DNA from: a virus
Strand: one strand, 5' to 3'
IMG/VR virus record: IMGVR_UViG_3300032116_000089
Coordinates: 26,428 to 90,427 of that record
Length of the DNA stretch: 64,000 nucleotides
This document shows, piece after piece, positions 10,868-20,385 of this stretch. Positions within the stretch are counted from its first letter, which is position 1; each line of letters opens with the position of its first letter. The translations under genes were made by a program, and so were the position numbers. The notes below the pieces were generated by a model. That model ran no database searches, was not told the origin of the DNA, and saw only the letters and a list, made by a program, of their open reading frames with translations.

Positions 10868-11827
10868 TTAAACTTCTATTGTTTCTAGTGTCAGCCGCAC
10901 AATTCCAGCAAAAAAGTTGCTATTTATTAACTTCATGTCTTGAACAGAGGAATTTTTTAATCGTACCCTTCCACGGGCATAATTATGGATCAAATCTGGA
11001 TATCTCAATGCTCCAGAAACTGGAAATCCCATATAATCTAATGGAAAAGCTCCGCTGCTGGCTATGGAGTTACTATTAAACATATATATAGTCTTATCAT
11101 TTTGTAATGACATAATATCTACTAATTTATTTCTAGTATATTCATCTTCGGCTAAACAGTGAAATAAAACATCAGTTTCAACAAATTGACCACCGCCTAA
11201 CTGATATCCACGTATATTTCTACGAGGAACAATTTCTATAGCTATGGTTGGAAGTTGCATCCTAGCTTCTGCTGGTAATTCATATTTAGCTTTATTAAGA
11301 CTGCCGCCAACTGGCTCTAAAGAAGAATATTGAACTTCGGCTAACCAAGGTAGACTATTGGCATATACCACGTTGATGTATTTATAACTATATTCGGCCT
11401 GTACGACACTACCTGTCGGTATAGGATTGTTGAAAATTACTCTACCATTGTAATAATCAACTTTATGCGCATATGTTCCACTCGTATTACTTGGATGGAA
11501 GGTGCCGTTCACGTAAACTCCAGATATACCGGGTATTGCTCTACTAGGGCCAATAATTGGTGGAGGTGAGTAAGATACTCCACTTTGCCAAACCCAATTC
11601 TTTCTAAAGCCTTCCCAAACTTTTCCACTTGGATATGTAGGGCTAGGAGAAATATTTAACCTACTATAATCTACTGAGTCTGGAGAATTCTCGCCTATGG
11701 TAACATTCATATAGTTACCTTTTTCTAGCAATGACCAATCTAAAAACTCAATAATATTATCTTGTAATTCATTGTTTAATGTATTTTGAAATACATTATC
11801 AAATCCCTTTAGTTCAAGATATGACAT
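10868..11827 (-). CDS. Tail completion/terminator-like protein
   Basis: Synteny; LPTIAIE...GYQLGG motif typical of tail terminators. Confidence 0.5.
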   Translation of the reverse strand: MSYLELKGFDNVFQNTLNNELQDNIIEFLDWSLLEKGNYMNVTIGENSPDSVDYSRLNISPSPTYPSGKVWEGFRKNWVWQSGVSYSPPPIIGPSRAIPGISGVYVNGTFHPSNTSGTYAHKVDYYNGRVIFNNPIPTGSVVQAEYSYKYINVVYANSLPWLAEVQYSSLEPVGGSLNKAKYELPAEARMQLPTIAIEIVPRRNIRGYQLGGGQFVETDVLFHCLAEDEYTRNKLVDIMSLQNDKTIYMFNSNSIASSGAFPLDYMGFPVSGALRYPDLIHNYARGRVRLKNSSVQDMKLINSNFFAGIVRLTLETIEV

Positions 11828-12456
11828 TATGCACCTAAGACTTTCTTAAATATTTTGGTGATATCTTGTTCTTGTTCGGTTCCAATAAATGCTCTTGTAA
11901 TAAAATTATTGTCTTTTGTTCCAGAGTATTGTGGCGGAACTCTAAATCCTTTGCCGGGAACCATGTTGCCTAATCCCGTTCTGCCTAGACCTGTTTTTGG
12001 ATTATATTCATAACCAACTACTATTATTTCATCTCCACGTAATAACATCCATTCTAACCAGTGTAAATCTCCACCAGAATATATAGTGTGTCCTTGTGGC
12101 AATGCTAATAAATTAGCAAAATCATTCTGTTGAATTTGAAGCTCAAAACCTCCACCGGTTAAGTTTTGGTTATATTTTTTAAAGGTGATTAATATTGAGC
12201 CAGATATGGCATTTATTATTGCATTGACTATATTGGATGGCGATGTGTTAAATCCAAATTCTCCGGTTAAGCTTCTAGATAATAAAGCTTGTATTTCTGG
12301 TTGATTGTTTATCCACTTTGGAATTAAAGATACAACACTGTTGATAATTTTAGATTGATTACTTGATAGAAGATTATTTATTTGAGTAGATATAGCTTGA
12401 TTTATCTTTTTTTCTATTTCTTGTTCGGATTCAAGAAGTTTTAACGAGATACTCAT
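11827..12456 (-). CDS. Neck/tail completion protein
   Basis: Synteny; LHWLEW...NNFITRAF; ATGA overlap with the upstream stop. Confidence 0.5.
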   Translation of the reverse strand: MSISLKLLESEQEIEKKINQAISTQINNLLSSNQSKIINSVVSLIPKWINNQPEIQALLSRSLTGEFGFNTSPSNIVNAIINAISGSILITFKKYNQNLTGGGFELQIQQNDFANLLALPQGHTIYSGGDLHWLEWMLLRGDEIIVVGYEYNPKTGLGRTGLGNMVPGKGFRVPPQYSGTKDNNFITRAFIGTEQEQDITKIFKKVLGA

Positions 12457-12932
12457 ATTCTTCTCCATAGACAAGAAAAATATCTTATCTGTCGTAATCC
12501 CATTGGATTATGCTCACCAATTCGCTCAAACCTCATTTCTTTGATATCTTTGATATTATTATGTACTATTAGCGCCTTAGATTTTAGTATAATAGGTAAA
12601 TCAGTCATCATACCAATTGTTTGAATAACGTTGTCTGGAACTTGTACAGATGCGACATTGATAAATTCTTTAGGATTCCAATACACTTTTAATCTAATAT
12701 CTTGAAGCACTTCTACTTCTTTAATAATTTTGTTGCTTCTCTCGTAATCACCCTTACGATTAATGTGGGCATTTATAGAGTTTCTTTCTGGAATATTATT
12801 ATTTGGCACGTATACTATTTCTTCAACAGTGTCTGTCAATACTAATTGGCAATCAACTCCAAAAATGTCGAAGGTGGAATCTATAACATCAAAATATTTG
12901 TCGAAGACACTTTCTGGTACATTGACGGGCAT
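12453..12932 (-). CDS. Head closure (stopper)-like protein
   Basis: Synteny and size. Confidence 0.45.
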   Translation of the reverse strand: MPVNVPESVFDKYFDVIDSTFDIFGVDCQLVLTDTVEEIVYVPNNNIPERNSINAHINRKGDYERSNKIIKEVEVLQDIRLKVYWNPKEFINVASVQVPDNVIQTIGMMTDLPIILKSKALIVHNNIKDIKEMRFERIGEHNPMGLRQIRYFSCLWRRI

Positions 12933-12939
12933 TTTACAC

Positions 12940-13455
12940 CTATATAGTAATATCTATAGATGCTAGCTCTTCTGATGAAGTGGCTGCATTTATTGACTGT
13001 TTTATGGAAGCATAAGAATTGCTTAATATTGAGCGAGCTTGACCATATTGCAACATAAGTAAAGTAAGATCTTGTAGATTCATAGAATGTGATTGACCCT
13101 CTTTGTCTACAATTGTTGCTAGATCATTTATTCCAATATTATTAGCTTCTTTAGCTAAAGTGAATGCCCCATTAAGTAAGGTAATATCAGAAACATCTAT
13201 GCCTAAACTATAACCAGAAGGTGTCTCCCAGCCATCTTTGACTTTTTCTTTCCATACGTTATCAAGAATTTGCATTTTTTGAATTTTAAGTTTTTGCAGA
13301 GGCCATGCGTTCAAAATAGTATTTATTTCTTCAATTTGAGATAATGAAGGTTGATTGTCTTCATAATATTGAATATTCACAGATCCATCCGAAGATTCGG
13401 AAAGAGTTTTAACCATAATAATAGGTAACAAATCTCTATACAAATGATTTAACAT
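12940..13455 (-). CDS. Fibre assembly/chaperone-like protein (DUF4376-like)
   Basis: Follows a fibre gene; C-terminal IKQSINAATSSEELASI typical of fibre chaperones. Confidence 0.5.
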   Translation of the reverse strand: MLNHLYRDLLPIIMVKTLSESSDGSVNIQYYEDNQPSLSQIEEINTILNAWPLQKLKIQKMQILDNVWKEKVKDGWETPSGYSLGIDVSDITLLNGAFTLAKEANNIGINDLATIVDKEGQSHSMNLQDLTLLMLQYGQARSILSNSYASIKQSINAATSSEELASIDITI

Positions 13456-15275
13456 AAATAGGTTCCCATTATTCCATATTGTCCACTTACTGCTATATTC
13501 TCTGGTCCATATTTTTCATTGTTGACGATGGGCAGATTAGTAGTGTTATTACGAACTTTTTGTATTCCAGTATATTGTTGTATATTAGCTGGAATAGAAA
13601 TAAAAGATGATATTAAACAAGTGCTAACATAATCATTGGCATCTCCACCGATATGATTATAGTTACTAATCAAAAAGTTACTACCGTTAAACCCATTTTC
13701 TAAAATAGAATTTATACCAAGAGCATAACTATTGTTAGAACCATTTAGAGTAACAGATAACTTAATATCCACATTACATATTGAGTCAGTACCATTGATG
13801 ACTAAAATTGGATCAATAAAGGTAGACGTAATTGGCGACCAACCTGTAGATGAAGTAACCCAATATGAACCCTTAACCAAAGACTTTAGAGGTTTGGAAA
13901 TGCGATTATACTGATTAAATATAAGGCGTTGTTTGTATGTGTCCATAAATATATTAGATGAACCGGTATAAATAGTTCCTAAATATTTTTTGGTATTGTC
14001 GGATAACATGATATAAATGCCATCAAATTTTGATATTTCTTCTATTCTGAATGAAGATGTTTTAGTGTTGTAAAACGGATCTTCAGAATCTTGCCAAGAT
14101 GGTTCCCACATTTCCCACGGAACAACATCAAAGCTCAAAATATCATTATTCAAGTATCCAAATACATCATATAAAGTATTTGATGACAATGAAGAAAAAG
14201 TAGCGACGATCCTATTGTTGAAACTAGTTTTTACCCAAATATTTCCATCATATAAAGAAATTGAATTGCCGTTATATGGAGAATAGTACAGAGTTACTCC
14301 AGAGCAATTTAAACAAGATGGATCACCTGAGCTTAATGTTAATCTACCATTAGATATATTGCTATTTATATCTGTAGAAGTAACTATATTATCTATTTTA
14401 TCATCTAAGTATCCAGAAATTGCTACAATTTTATTGTTTAAAATGCCAGATATTGCAGTCATAGTGCCAGATATTGCAGTACCACCAGCCATATTAAAGT
14501 ACAATGATGACAAATCTGGAATATCTTCTTTAACAAGATATCTAAACATTGGATAATCTGGAGAACACGGCGGTACACAACCTCCAGACGGACCAGCAAA
14601 AACAGTATTGGCATTTTGCTTCTTGAGTAAAATATTTTGGTTAACAATACCGCTAAGATCAAAAACCACAGACGAGTTAATGTTGAGTTGATTTGGTTCA
14701 AAATGAACTAACTGCCTGCCACCAGAATATGAAGATATTCCATTATTACCAGATGGAAAATAAATACCAGAATTTCCTATATGAATTCCAGATACTACAA
14801 TATTAGAGTTAGGACTTAAACCTCCTATGTCTAAAGTGCCAGATGGAACGGCTCTATTAATGCCTAATCTGCCATTTGTAGAATCAAATACAATTTTATC
14901 GCTATATGACAGAGAGTTAGATGAGTTCCATATAGCCAATCCGCTGCTATTTGGAATAGGTTGAGTTCCAGATGTATTGAATACAGAATTTGTAGCTGGA
15001 TAAGTTACATATACTTCTTTAAGACCTTCTATAAAGTTTACTAATTGATTGGAATTAGTAGTTTTAAATGGGAATCTTTTTATTTGATTAGAAGAGAGAT
15101 ATAGGCCAGAACCAATTTCATAATTAGTTCCATCTGTTACCGCATAGAATAAAGCATCATCACTAGAATATGATGATGAAAAAGATGAAAATCCATTAAC
15201 TGCACCGGACAAAACAAGATTGCCCGTGCCAATAGTATATGATATTTCTTTTACTCGATCATATAGCTTAATCAT
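13449..15275 (-). CDS. Virion fibre protein
   Basis: N-terminal DRVKE..TIGTG..L.GAV.GF fibre-anchor motif; Ser/Gly/Asn-rich. Confidence 0.65.
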   Translation of the reverse strand: MIKLYDRVKEISYTIGTGNLVLSGAVNGFSSFSSSYSSDDALFYAVTDGTNYEIGSGLYLSSNQIKRFPFKTTNSNQLVNFIEGLKEVYVTYPATNSVFNTSGTQPIPNSSGLAIWNSSNSLSYSDKIVFDSTNGRLGINRAVPSGTLDIGGLSPNSNIVVSGIHIGNSGIYFPSGNNGISSYSGGRQLVHFEPNQLNINSSVVFDLSGIVNQNILLKKQNANTVFAGPSGGCVPPCSPDYPMFRYLVKEDIPDLSSLYFNMAGGTAISGTMTAISGILNNKIVAISGYLDDKIDNIVTSTDINSNISNGRLTLSSGDPSCLNCSGVTLYYSPYNGNSISLYDGNIWVKTSFNNRIVATFSSLSSNTLYDVFGYLNNDILSFDVVPWEMWEPSWQDSEDPFYNTKTSSFRIEEISKFDGIYIMLSDNTKKYLGTIYTGSSNIFMDTYKQRLIFNQYNRISKPLKSLVKGSYWVTSSTGWSPITSTFIDPILVINGTDSICNVDIKLSVTLNGSNNSYALGINSILENGFNGSNFLISNYNHIGGDANDYVSTCLISSFISIPANIQQYTGIQKVRNNTTNLPIVNNEKYGPENIAVSGQYGIMGTYLC

Positions 15276-15281
15276 ATTCTA

Positions 15282-16247
15282 TCAAGCCGTATATGTTGGA
15301 TTAATAGTTACAGTAGTAAGTCCACTGCCTCCCGGTTCGGTTCCAAATACAACTAAATCATTTACTATAGCGTCTAAGTAATATCCACCAGCACCAGCTT
15401 CTTCTGGCTTGCCCATGACCACAAAGCTTACAGAACGTAATTTTTGAGCATCATCACCAACTCTGTATGATAAAGCCACTGTATTCTCGCTGAAATCTTC
15501 TCTACTAGAAGCTGTTACTCTACCGTTACTATGACCAACTGCTACATAGTTGTTATCTTTAAATATGCCAGAATTAAAAATAATTGTAAACTTGCCAGTA
15601 GCTTCTTTTTTAATGCCAGAGACATTATATGAATCAAGTACTGATGGGCTACCATTACCGCCAATGCCGCTACCTTGGAATCTTATCCAAGCCTTAGCAA
15701 CTCCTCTGGCAGAATCTAGCTTTGATGTATCTTTTAGGAATGTAAAGTTTGTACCACTTCCAACATTAATAGTCTCTGAAGTATTTGTTAGCTTGCTAAA
15801 TTGTAGACCTCTATAGCCATTGTTGCTAGTTGGATCACCTTGACCACTAGCATTGATCCAAAAAGTTGACATACCAAGGCTTCCGGCCATTGATCTTGTT
15901 CCGCTAACTGGTAAATACTGAGTATGAGGATCTCCGGTATTCAAACCATCTAATTGATTATGTAATATACTGCCGGGACCGGGATATGGAACTCTTTGCA
16001 TATCAGTTCCATTTGGAGCATTAGGGAACACTATGCCAGATTCTACATATAATATGCCACCTAATCTCACATGGTTAACAAATGGTGTTTCGGAATTAAA
16101 ATTACCACTGGCTACAATTTGATTTATAGATTCAACAGTATCTATAATACTGCTTCTGACATCGGCGGCTGAAATTTGTCCAGCGTTGTTGTCTGGTATG
16201 ACACCGCTAATATATGAAATTAAACCACTCTTTGATCTAACAGTCAT
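15282..16247 (-). CDS. Virion fibre/structural protein
   Basis: DPHTQYL motif; C-terminal AKAWIRF...SYNVSGI...TGKFTIIF domain common in fibres. Confidence 0.6.
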   Translation of the reverse strand: MTVRSKSGLISYISGVIPDNNAGQISAADVRSSIIDTVESINQIVASGNFNSETPFVNHVRLGGILYVESGIVFPNAPNGTDMQRVPYPGPGSILHNQLDGLNTGDPHTQYLPVSGTRSMAGSLGMSTFWINASGQGDPTSNNGYRGLQFSKLTNTSETINVGSGTNFTFLKDTSKLDSARGVAKAWIRFQGSGIGGNGSPSVLDSYNVSGIKKEATGKFTIIFNSGIFKDNNYVAVGHSNGRVTASSREDFSENTVALSYRVGDDAQKLRSVSFVVMGKPEEAGAGGYYLDAIVNDLVVFGTEPGGSGLTTVTINPTYTA

Positions 16248-16259
16248 CTGAATCCTCCA

Positions 16260-16781
16260 TTAATATCTAAAATAGCCGCCTCTGGAATCGTAATCACCGT
16301 GGGTTCTAACAACATAGTCACTGGCTGGACTATATGGGCCAAGAATAGCGTGTCCAACCATACTACCACCAGCACGATAATCTAGTAGTAGTTTAGAGTA
16401 TTTATCAGAGAGATCTTTGTACAGAACTGATAGGGTAGAGGCTACTCCCCTTAAGTCTATAGCAGATGGGCCATCTTTGATTGATATTGCATTAGAAGCT
16501 TCAGTTTTTAATTCACTGCCGACTATGATGCAGGCAGTTTTTAATGCAGTTAAGTTGATAAAAGCATTATCTCTGGTATTACTATCAGTAGGATCTGGAG
16601 AAAGTTCACCATTGGCAATATCTATATCATATGAGTTTGTGAAATCAGTTTCTATTGATAGCATTTGTGCGCTAACTAGAATAGATGTTTCTATTCTATC
16701 ATCAGAATACTTGTACTTTGCTTGGTCAAGATCATTTATTAAATGTCTAACCATTAATGGTATTTGACTGCGCCAAGACAT
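16260..16781 (-). CDS. Head-tail adaptor-like protein
   Basis: VRHLINDLD...YSDDRI motif of helical connector proteins; synteny. Confidence 0.55.
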   Translation of the reverse strand: MSWRSQIPLMVRHLINDLDQAKYKYSDDRIETSILVSAQMLSIETDFTNSYDIDIANGELSPDPTDSNTRDNAFINLTALKTACIIVGSELKTEASNAISIKDGPSAIDLRGVASTLSVLYKDLSDKYSKLLLDYRAGGSMVGHAILGPYSPASDYVVRTHGDYDSRGGYFRY

Positions 16782-16832
16782 AAAAAGTCCCCATTTTTGT
16801 TTTTAGGCTTCTCTATGTAATATACACTAAAA

Positions 16833-17432
16833 CTACATAGTATCTAATTCTTCGTCATTTTCTGGAACTGGTTCATTTGCTAGTAATTTGCGGGATTTTT
16901 TAATAGCTCTATAAACTAACATTTTGCCAATTGCGTCCATAAATGGCAGACCTCTGCGCTTTGCTTCATCTCTAAGCCATCCAATAATTGTATCTATATT
17001 TTCTTCGCACCAATCATTTCCTTTTTCATTCATTTCTAAAGCGTGTCGCTTACAAGAGCAACTATCTGTCATTTGAATTCCGACAGACTTAATCATTTTT
17101 GATAGTATAGTACCGCAATGGTTGGGATTTTCCTCTAATGTTTTAGGATATAATGATCGTAAGTATTTGGCTGGATCATCACCAAATAACTGAGTAATTT
17201 TATTTTCTGCCTGAGATTTTGTCCAATCTCCAATTAAGTCATAGTCAGAACCATTCCAAATTGGTATATTTATTTGTAGTCCAATTATTTGTGCTGACAC
17301 AGATTTGGATTTTGGATTATCTATAAAAATAAACTCTAAGTTTTCTAAGATAACTGGATTTGGATTAACTACTTTTCCTGCGTTATCAGAATAAGGCGGT
17401 GGTTGAATTGTAATAGAATTTTTAAGTTTCAT
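16833..17432 (-). CDS. Hypothetical protein with Cys motif (CSC...WCEENIDTIIGWLRDEA)
   Basis: Good ORF with RBS. Confidence 0.65.
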   Translation of the reverse strand: MKLKNSITIQPPPYSDNAGKVVNPNPVILENLEFIFIDNPKSKSVSAQIIGLQINIPIWNGSDYDLIGDWTKSQAENKITQLFGDDPAKYLRSLYPKTLEENPNHCGTILSKMIKSVGIQMTDSCSCKRHALEMNEKGNDWCEENIDTIIGWLRDEAKRRGLPFMDAIGKMLVYRAIKKSRKLLANEPVPENDEELDTM

Positions 17433-17491
17433 ATTTATTTCCTTTCAATAATGAGATCGTTACATACTATAATAGCTAGTGCAAGCACTTT

Positions 17492-19183
17492 TTAGCCAAA
17501 TCGCACACAAAATGTCATAGTCTCTACAGCGCCTTCGTCACCGGGATTAGGCGGTGGAGGTGTAAAGTTAGGATATGCACAATTACATCCAAAATCGCAG
17601 GAATCAACAAGCAAAAGCCATTCGTCTTGGCCATTCCATCCCCAAAGGCAATTTCCTCCTCCGCAAACACATATGCCGCCCGTACACATATCATTTTCTT
17701 TGCAGCATGTCCCATTACAGCATGTTTCATCGGGATCGCAAAGATCTACACATCCAGCCGGTGTGCATACTTTACACAGAGTTGGGTTACAGCAGATACC
17801 CTGACAGCATGGAGCAATTGGATCACATCTATCAACGCAATTATTGCCCATACAGTCTTCGCAAGCCATTTTATTACATGGTGGATCACAGCCGGGTGGA
17901 TTTGGTGATGGAGTAGGTGGCTCGCAAGCTGGACCAACGATTGCAGTTGGGCAACAAAGACCACCAACAGGAGTCCATCCCTGTGGACAGCACCCTATAG
18001 ATGTAATTTCAAAACCAATCGGACAGTTTCCCGGAGGTAACGTTGTAGATGGATTTTCAGTAGTACTTGGAGTGGAAGTTGTAGATGATGGAGTTTGTGT
18101 AGTACTACTAGTTGGCTCAGTAGTCGGAACTGTAGTTGTCCCTGTTGTTGTGCTGCTAGTGCCTGTGGTTGAAGTTGAAGTTGAAGTTGAAGTTGAAGTG
18201 GATGTTGTAGTTGTAGTACTAGTTGTCGTTGTTGGTGGATCTATACAAGCAAACTCATCAAAAATATTTTCTGGACAACATTTAATCGCGCCGGTAGATG
18301 GATCTATTAATATATAAGATCCACAAGGGCAACAACTTTCACCCTGTATATGATCAATGAGACAATAATTTGCGCCATATACTATACATGGGTTGGGGGT
18401 TGTTGTAGTTGTAGTTGTGCTTGTAGATGTAGAGGTGCTTGTAGTTGTGGGTTCTACAGTTGTAGTTGTAGTTGTGGGTTCTACAGTTGTAGTTGTAGTT
18501 GTGCTTGTGGATGTAGAGGTGCTTGTTGACGTAGAAGTACTTGTTGACGTAGAAGTGCTGGTTGATGTTGAAGTGCTGGTTGATGTTGATGTGGAAGTAG
18601 TTGTTGGGATGAGCGTCGTAGTGCTGCTAGTTGTAGTGCTACTAGTTGTTGTACTACTAGTTGTTGTTGGGCATGGAATATCAATAGTTATAGAATAAGG
18701 ATTTAAACTAATTGATGGTGGGACTTCGCAACAAGTGCTATCAAAATCACATATACTAGTTATAGATACAAGTAATTTTTTGTTGAATAGATTTTTAGTG
18801 GAACTATTACAATCAAAAATTGGAATATTTATGTTATTGTCACCTATATTATTGACACTAATAAATCCAAGTATGCTATCTGTCATATACTCGCTTACAT
18901 ACACTTGAATAGTATTGCTCAAAGTAACTGGATATAGATTTGCATTATCAATATTTTCTGCATACCAAAATAATTCAAAGCCAGTAATAGTTATACTAGA
19001 GTCTACGACGCATTTTTGCGTGGTGGTTATTAATGATTCGCCATGCTGTATAAGTACTGATTTATCATGGACAAGCTTGAGATCAATACTACCACTTGTA
19101 TGCAATACTCTTAGCCCAAGTCCACCATTTGTGTACTTGGTTCCTAATGGAAAATAGATCGATCCACAGTTACACGATGACAT
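17492..19183 (-). CDS. Mucin-like Thr/Ser-rich, Cys-rich protein
   Basis: Two long T/S tracts separating Cys-rich domains. Confidence 0.7.
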   Translation of the reverse strand: MSSCNCGSIYFPLGTKYTNGGLGLRVLHTSGSIDLKLVHDKSVLIQHGESLITTTQKCVVDSSITITGFELFWYAENIDNANLYPVTLSNTIQVYVSEYMTDSILGFISVNNIGDNNINIPIFDCNSSTKNLFNKKLLVSITSICDFDSTCCEVPPSISLNPYSITIDIPCPTTTSSTTTSSTTTSSTTTLIPTTTSTSTSTSTSTSTSTSTSTSTSTSTSTSTSTSTTTTTTVEPTTTTTTVEPTTTSTSTSTSTTTTTTTPNPCIVYGANYCLIDHIQGESCCPCGSYILIDPSTGAIKCCPENIFDEFACIDPPTTTTSTTTTTSTSTSTSTSTSTTGTSSTTTGTTTVPTTEPTSSTTQTPSSTTSTPSTTENPSTTLPPGNCPIGFEITSIGCCPQGWTPVGGLCCPTAIVGPACEPPTPSPNPPGCDPPCNKMACEDCMGNNCVDRCDPIAPCCQGICCNPTLCKVCTPAGCVDLCDPDETCCNGTCCKENDMCTGGICVCGGGNCLWGWNGQDEWLLLVDSCDFGCNCAYPNFTPPPPNPGDEGAVETMTFCVRFG

Positions 19184-19193
19184 TTATTGACTC

Positions 19194-20375
19194 TTAAGGA
19201 TTTGGGGGTGGACAATCTAGAATATGCGCCGCTAAACAATCTGAATGACACTTATACTTATAAAGTCCGTCTTCCCAACAAGAATGACCATAATCTTCTA
19301 TACATTGAGCATCTATTATTGGTTCTATAGAAGATGGTCTACAGGCATCACACTGGTATGCTGGAGAAGGACATTGACAACATCCACATTCAGACGCATC
19401 TCCAGTAAACGTCCAGTATGGTGGCTGATCGCATCCACAGCTTTCATCTGGAGCATTCAGAATAAAATTTTCTATGCATGATATGTTAAGACTTGCGTTC
19501 CACTTATTACCGCACGGAGAATTTGGAGCAGAAGGGTTACATGAAATAGAGCCAATAATTATATCTCCACATCCTAATGTTCCATTTATAGACCAAGTAT
19601 TGTCTCCGCTCTTAGTAAAGCTAGCTGTGGCGTTCCTATCAGCACACTCTGAACCAAATCTAACTATACCATTACCGTCCCAGTTGCAACAATTAGGATC
19701 TTGAGTAGTGCTTGTAGAAGTACTTGTCGAAGTCGAAGTACTTGTCGAAGTCGAAGTACTTGTCGAAGTCGAAGTACTTGTCGAAGTCGAAGTACTTGTC
19801 GAAGTCGAAGTACTTGTCGAAGTCGAAGTACTTGTCGAAGTCGAAGTACTTGTGCTAGTAGTAGTTATGCAACTTGATTCTACAATTACTGTAAATTCAT
19901 CAGTATCAATAGTATTTCCAGATAAGTTTTTAGTGAGTACATCTATAGTATACCAAATTATATTACTACTATTAAGCCAAGTCCAAGGATAAGCTGGTAC
20001 ATTAGTGTATGATGGGGCTTGTCCGTCGAACGGATTAGGTATTCCATACATGTTAAAATATAATCCACTACCGCTAATTTCAAACAATGGTCTAGACTTC
20101 AGTGCGAATTTTGAATCATCCAGTTCAATATAAAACGGTTCACATCCAGCTGATGACATTAGTATGTCAGCAACTTTTATGAATAATGGATCTAGTGTTT
20201 TTACTGGTAGATTTAGTACATAAACAGACTTATTGTAAGGTGGGCATGGTGCATTTTCATCTGGCAATACAAAGTAATCGATATCATATGGATCAGCAGG
20301 AACCGCTGGTCCACGTTGATCATATTTGGAATATGGAGATGGTAGTTGTATGCACGGATAATTAGGCCGTCCCAT
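19194..20375 (-). CDS. Protein with (Ser-Thr)n linker and Cys-rich C-terminus
   Basis: About 55-residue TS tract; Cys-rich tail. Confidence 0.7.
   Translation of the reverse strand: MGRPNYPCIQLPSPYSKYDQRGPAVPADPYDIDYFVLPDENAPCPPYNKSVYVLNLPVKTLDPLFIKVADILMSSAGCEPFYIELDDSKFALKSRPLFEISGSGLYFNMYGIPNPFDGQAPSYTNVPAYPWTWLNSSNIIWYTIDVLTKNLSGNTIDTDEFTVIVESSCITTTSTSTSTSTSTSTSTSTSTSTSTSTSTSTSTSTSTSTSTSTSTSTSTSTSTTQDPNCCNWDGNGIVRFGSECADRNATASFTKSGDNTWSINGTLGCGDIIIGSISCNPSAPNSPCGNKWNASLNISCIENFILNAPDESCGCDQPPYWTFTGDASECGCCQCPSPAYQCDACRPSSIEPIIDAQCIEDYGHSCWEDGLYKYKCHSDCLAAHILDCPPPNP
19717..19853. repeat. Perfect tandem repeat, 18 bp unit GAAGTACTTGTCGAAGTC x7.6
   Basis: Read directly; encodes TSTSTS on the minus strand. 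Confidence 0.95.
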
Positions 20376-20385
20376 AATCTATCCT

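Noticed and set aside
17844-19992. Plus-strand Val/Glu-rich ORFs (VEVLVEV...)
   Set aside because: Antisense shadows of the Thr/Ser repeats
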